The notes beneath the pieces are model-generated. The model was not told the DNA's origin, searched no databases, and saw only the letters and a list, made by a program, of their open reading frames with translations. A DNA stretch of 54,847 bases, the filler included, from Bipalium vagum (taxonomy: Eukaryota): assembly GCA_037834085.1 (NCBI GenBank). It is 3 parts of 3 records of this genome, joined end to end, with 100 filler letters (N's around TTAATTAATTAA, not from the genome) between each part and the next. Parts side by side here need not be neighbours in the genome. Positions count along the whole stretch, not along the records: positions 34,963 to 54,847 come from JBBMKC010265548.1; 2 more parts are not named here. One strand, given 5' to 3'. Made by a program: the position numbers and the translations under genes. Shown in pieces: positions 53,401-54,847 of this stretch (the stretch's first letter is position 1; every line of letters starts with the position of its first letter).

Positions 53401-54479
53401 ATTTATCTCACAATTAGTATCGAAGAAAATTCAAGAGGGGAGATATGCATTGCGTGAATATATGTATGAAAAAGAATAATAAGAAGACATCCTTCCACAT
53501 TGGCTTAAAATATGTTCAGTATGAACTCAATGAAACACATCTACCAACTTCCAGAACAATTTTGATAATTAATTCATAGGATATCTTTAAAAAAGCTTTT
53601 TTTCTATATACTGCTATATATCTTCTGATGAAAACACAATACGTTCGACTAAAGAAATTATGGTGTTTTATAATTAATAAAAAATAAATTACATTCAAAA
53701 TAAAGGTGAGAATAATAAGAAAACATTTTTGAAATGATAAATTTTTAATTGTAACGAACCTTGACTAAAATTTAGAATCATTATATCATAATATTTATAA
53801 TCTCGTCTATACCGTAATACAATATTTATTTGTTATATTTAAAAAATTGTTGTAGATAAAATTATTAAAATAGTAAAGAAAGAATTATTAAATATAGAAC
53901 TACTTAAAAATATTTTTTAAAAAAGAAAGTATAAAATTAGTAAAATAATCATTATTTTAGGAATTACATAAAAAACTAATATAATATAAGCAAAAAATGG
54001 GACAGGGACACGAATTTTTGTAAAAAAAACAACCAAAAACAGCAGATCTATCATCAAAATTGCTCAATTGAACCAGCACATTTTTTAAATACAGCATTAT
54101 CTAAGCTGTATGGACTTCTAAGCCTAAGAGCGAGAAGATATTTAATTTCTTGCTCTCAAATAAATCATATCAAATAACATAAAATTATTCACGAATTTTG
54201 TAAACGCAAACTTTATATAACCAAATATATTATGATATTATATGATATATCTATAATTTTGAATGAATTATTTTAGTCATTTTAATTAAACAGAACACGT
54301 TTATCAACCTTCACCGTTAAGGCCTAACCGATAACTCATATTTTAAGGATTTTAATAAAAGTGTAATAAATGTTAAATATACTGCCGAAAAGAAACACTT
54401 TCAATCTTTGGATATAAATATAATAAAATCTTTCAAGAATTATTATAATAATTACCTGATTTCAAATTACAAAGCATAA

Positions 54480-54625
54480 TAAATCTCAGGCTATTAGATT
54501 CCATATATACTTTTGTGCAAGCGCATGGAATTCACTCAAAACAATAATAAATCGTTTTGAAAGTTTCTTCATTGTAAAGGAAATTAAAACTGACATTGAC
54601 TTAAAAAAATTTATTGATCAAATAT
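54480..54625 (+). mobile_element. Possible CR1/L2-like LINE ORF2 C-terminal remnant
   Basis: FCASAWNSL...KEIKTDIDLKKF recalls the WNSLP...FK..L...DL..F tail of CR1-like elements. Confidence 0.3.
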
Positions 54626-54770
54626 CAGAAAATAAGCAGTTTCAAGAGGATTAAGTGGTGAAATTTTAATCGGATGACGAGACTAACCATAACATACCCG
54701 ATATTAATGACGTTTTTAAGATTTTTTACAATTGTTGGGTGTGCCAAAGACACGAACCCTAAAGGTTGTA

Positions 54771-54789
54771 AGTAGTAGTAGTAGTAGTA

Positions 54790-54847
<58 letters not shown>
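54771..54847. repeat. Compound (TAG)n(TAA)n microsatellite at contig end
   Basis: Seen directly. Confidence 0.95.

Noticed and set aside
1-54847. (TTA)n at the left end and (TAA)n at the right end, considered as telomeres of a mini-chromosome
   Set aside because: The same repeat occurs internally (24774, 32250, 43910) and in non-inverted orientation at the right ends of contigs 1 and 2. These are ordinary microsatellite assembly breaks.

Overview
This is very AT-rich eukaryotic DNA, most likely from an invertebrate animal (inference). It is not prokaryotic. The window is three contigs (1-16399, 16500-34862, 34963-54847) joined by two identical artificial 100-nt linkers (N44-TTAATTAATTAA-N44), and most contig ends fall in (TTA)n/(TAA)n microsatellites. 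The ORF track misses or fragments most real genes because they are broken by very short GT-AG introns. Genes reconstructed by hand: (1) a complete 6-exon prohibitin-2 (21565-22688 +; introns 41-53 nt); (2) a complete 2-exon MOCS2A/MoaD sulfur carrier ending IPPVSGG (14722-15022 -), with no MOCS2B frame visible beside it; (3) the first six exons of an NDRG-family gene (27235-32128 +), whose 3' part is not found before the contig break; (4) a probable 75-aa two-EF-hand protein that needs 28/35/23-nt micro-introns (13156-13469 +); (5) an intronless 119-aa ORF resembling a KH domain without GxxG, head-to-head with NDRG; (6) a 2-exon S/G/P/Y-rich orphan (43271-47247 +). Intergenic DNA and the long introns hold many decayed transposons: several mariners, a near-full-length DD37D/maT element, a DD39D-like element, two pogo/Tigger relics, a Merlin relic, CR1-like LINE fragments and two intact MITEs, one an 80-bp MADE1-like hairpin. 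All assignments come from manual reading and motif recall; no database searches were run. I found no clearly new multi-gene system. The best leads are the micro-intron EF-hand gene cluster and the KH-like orphan.
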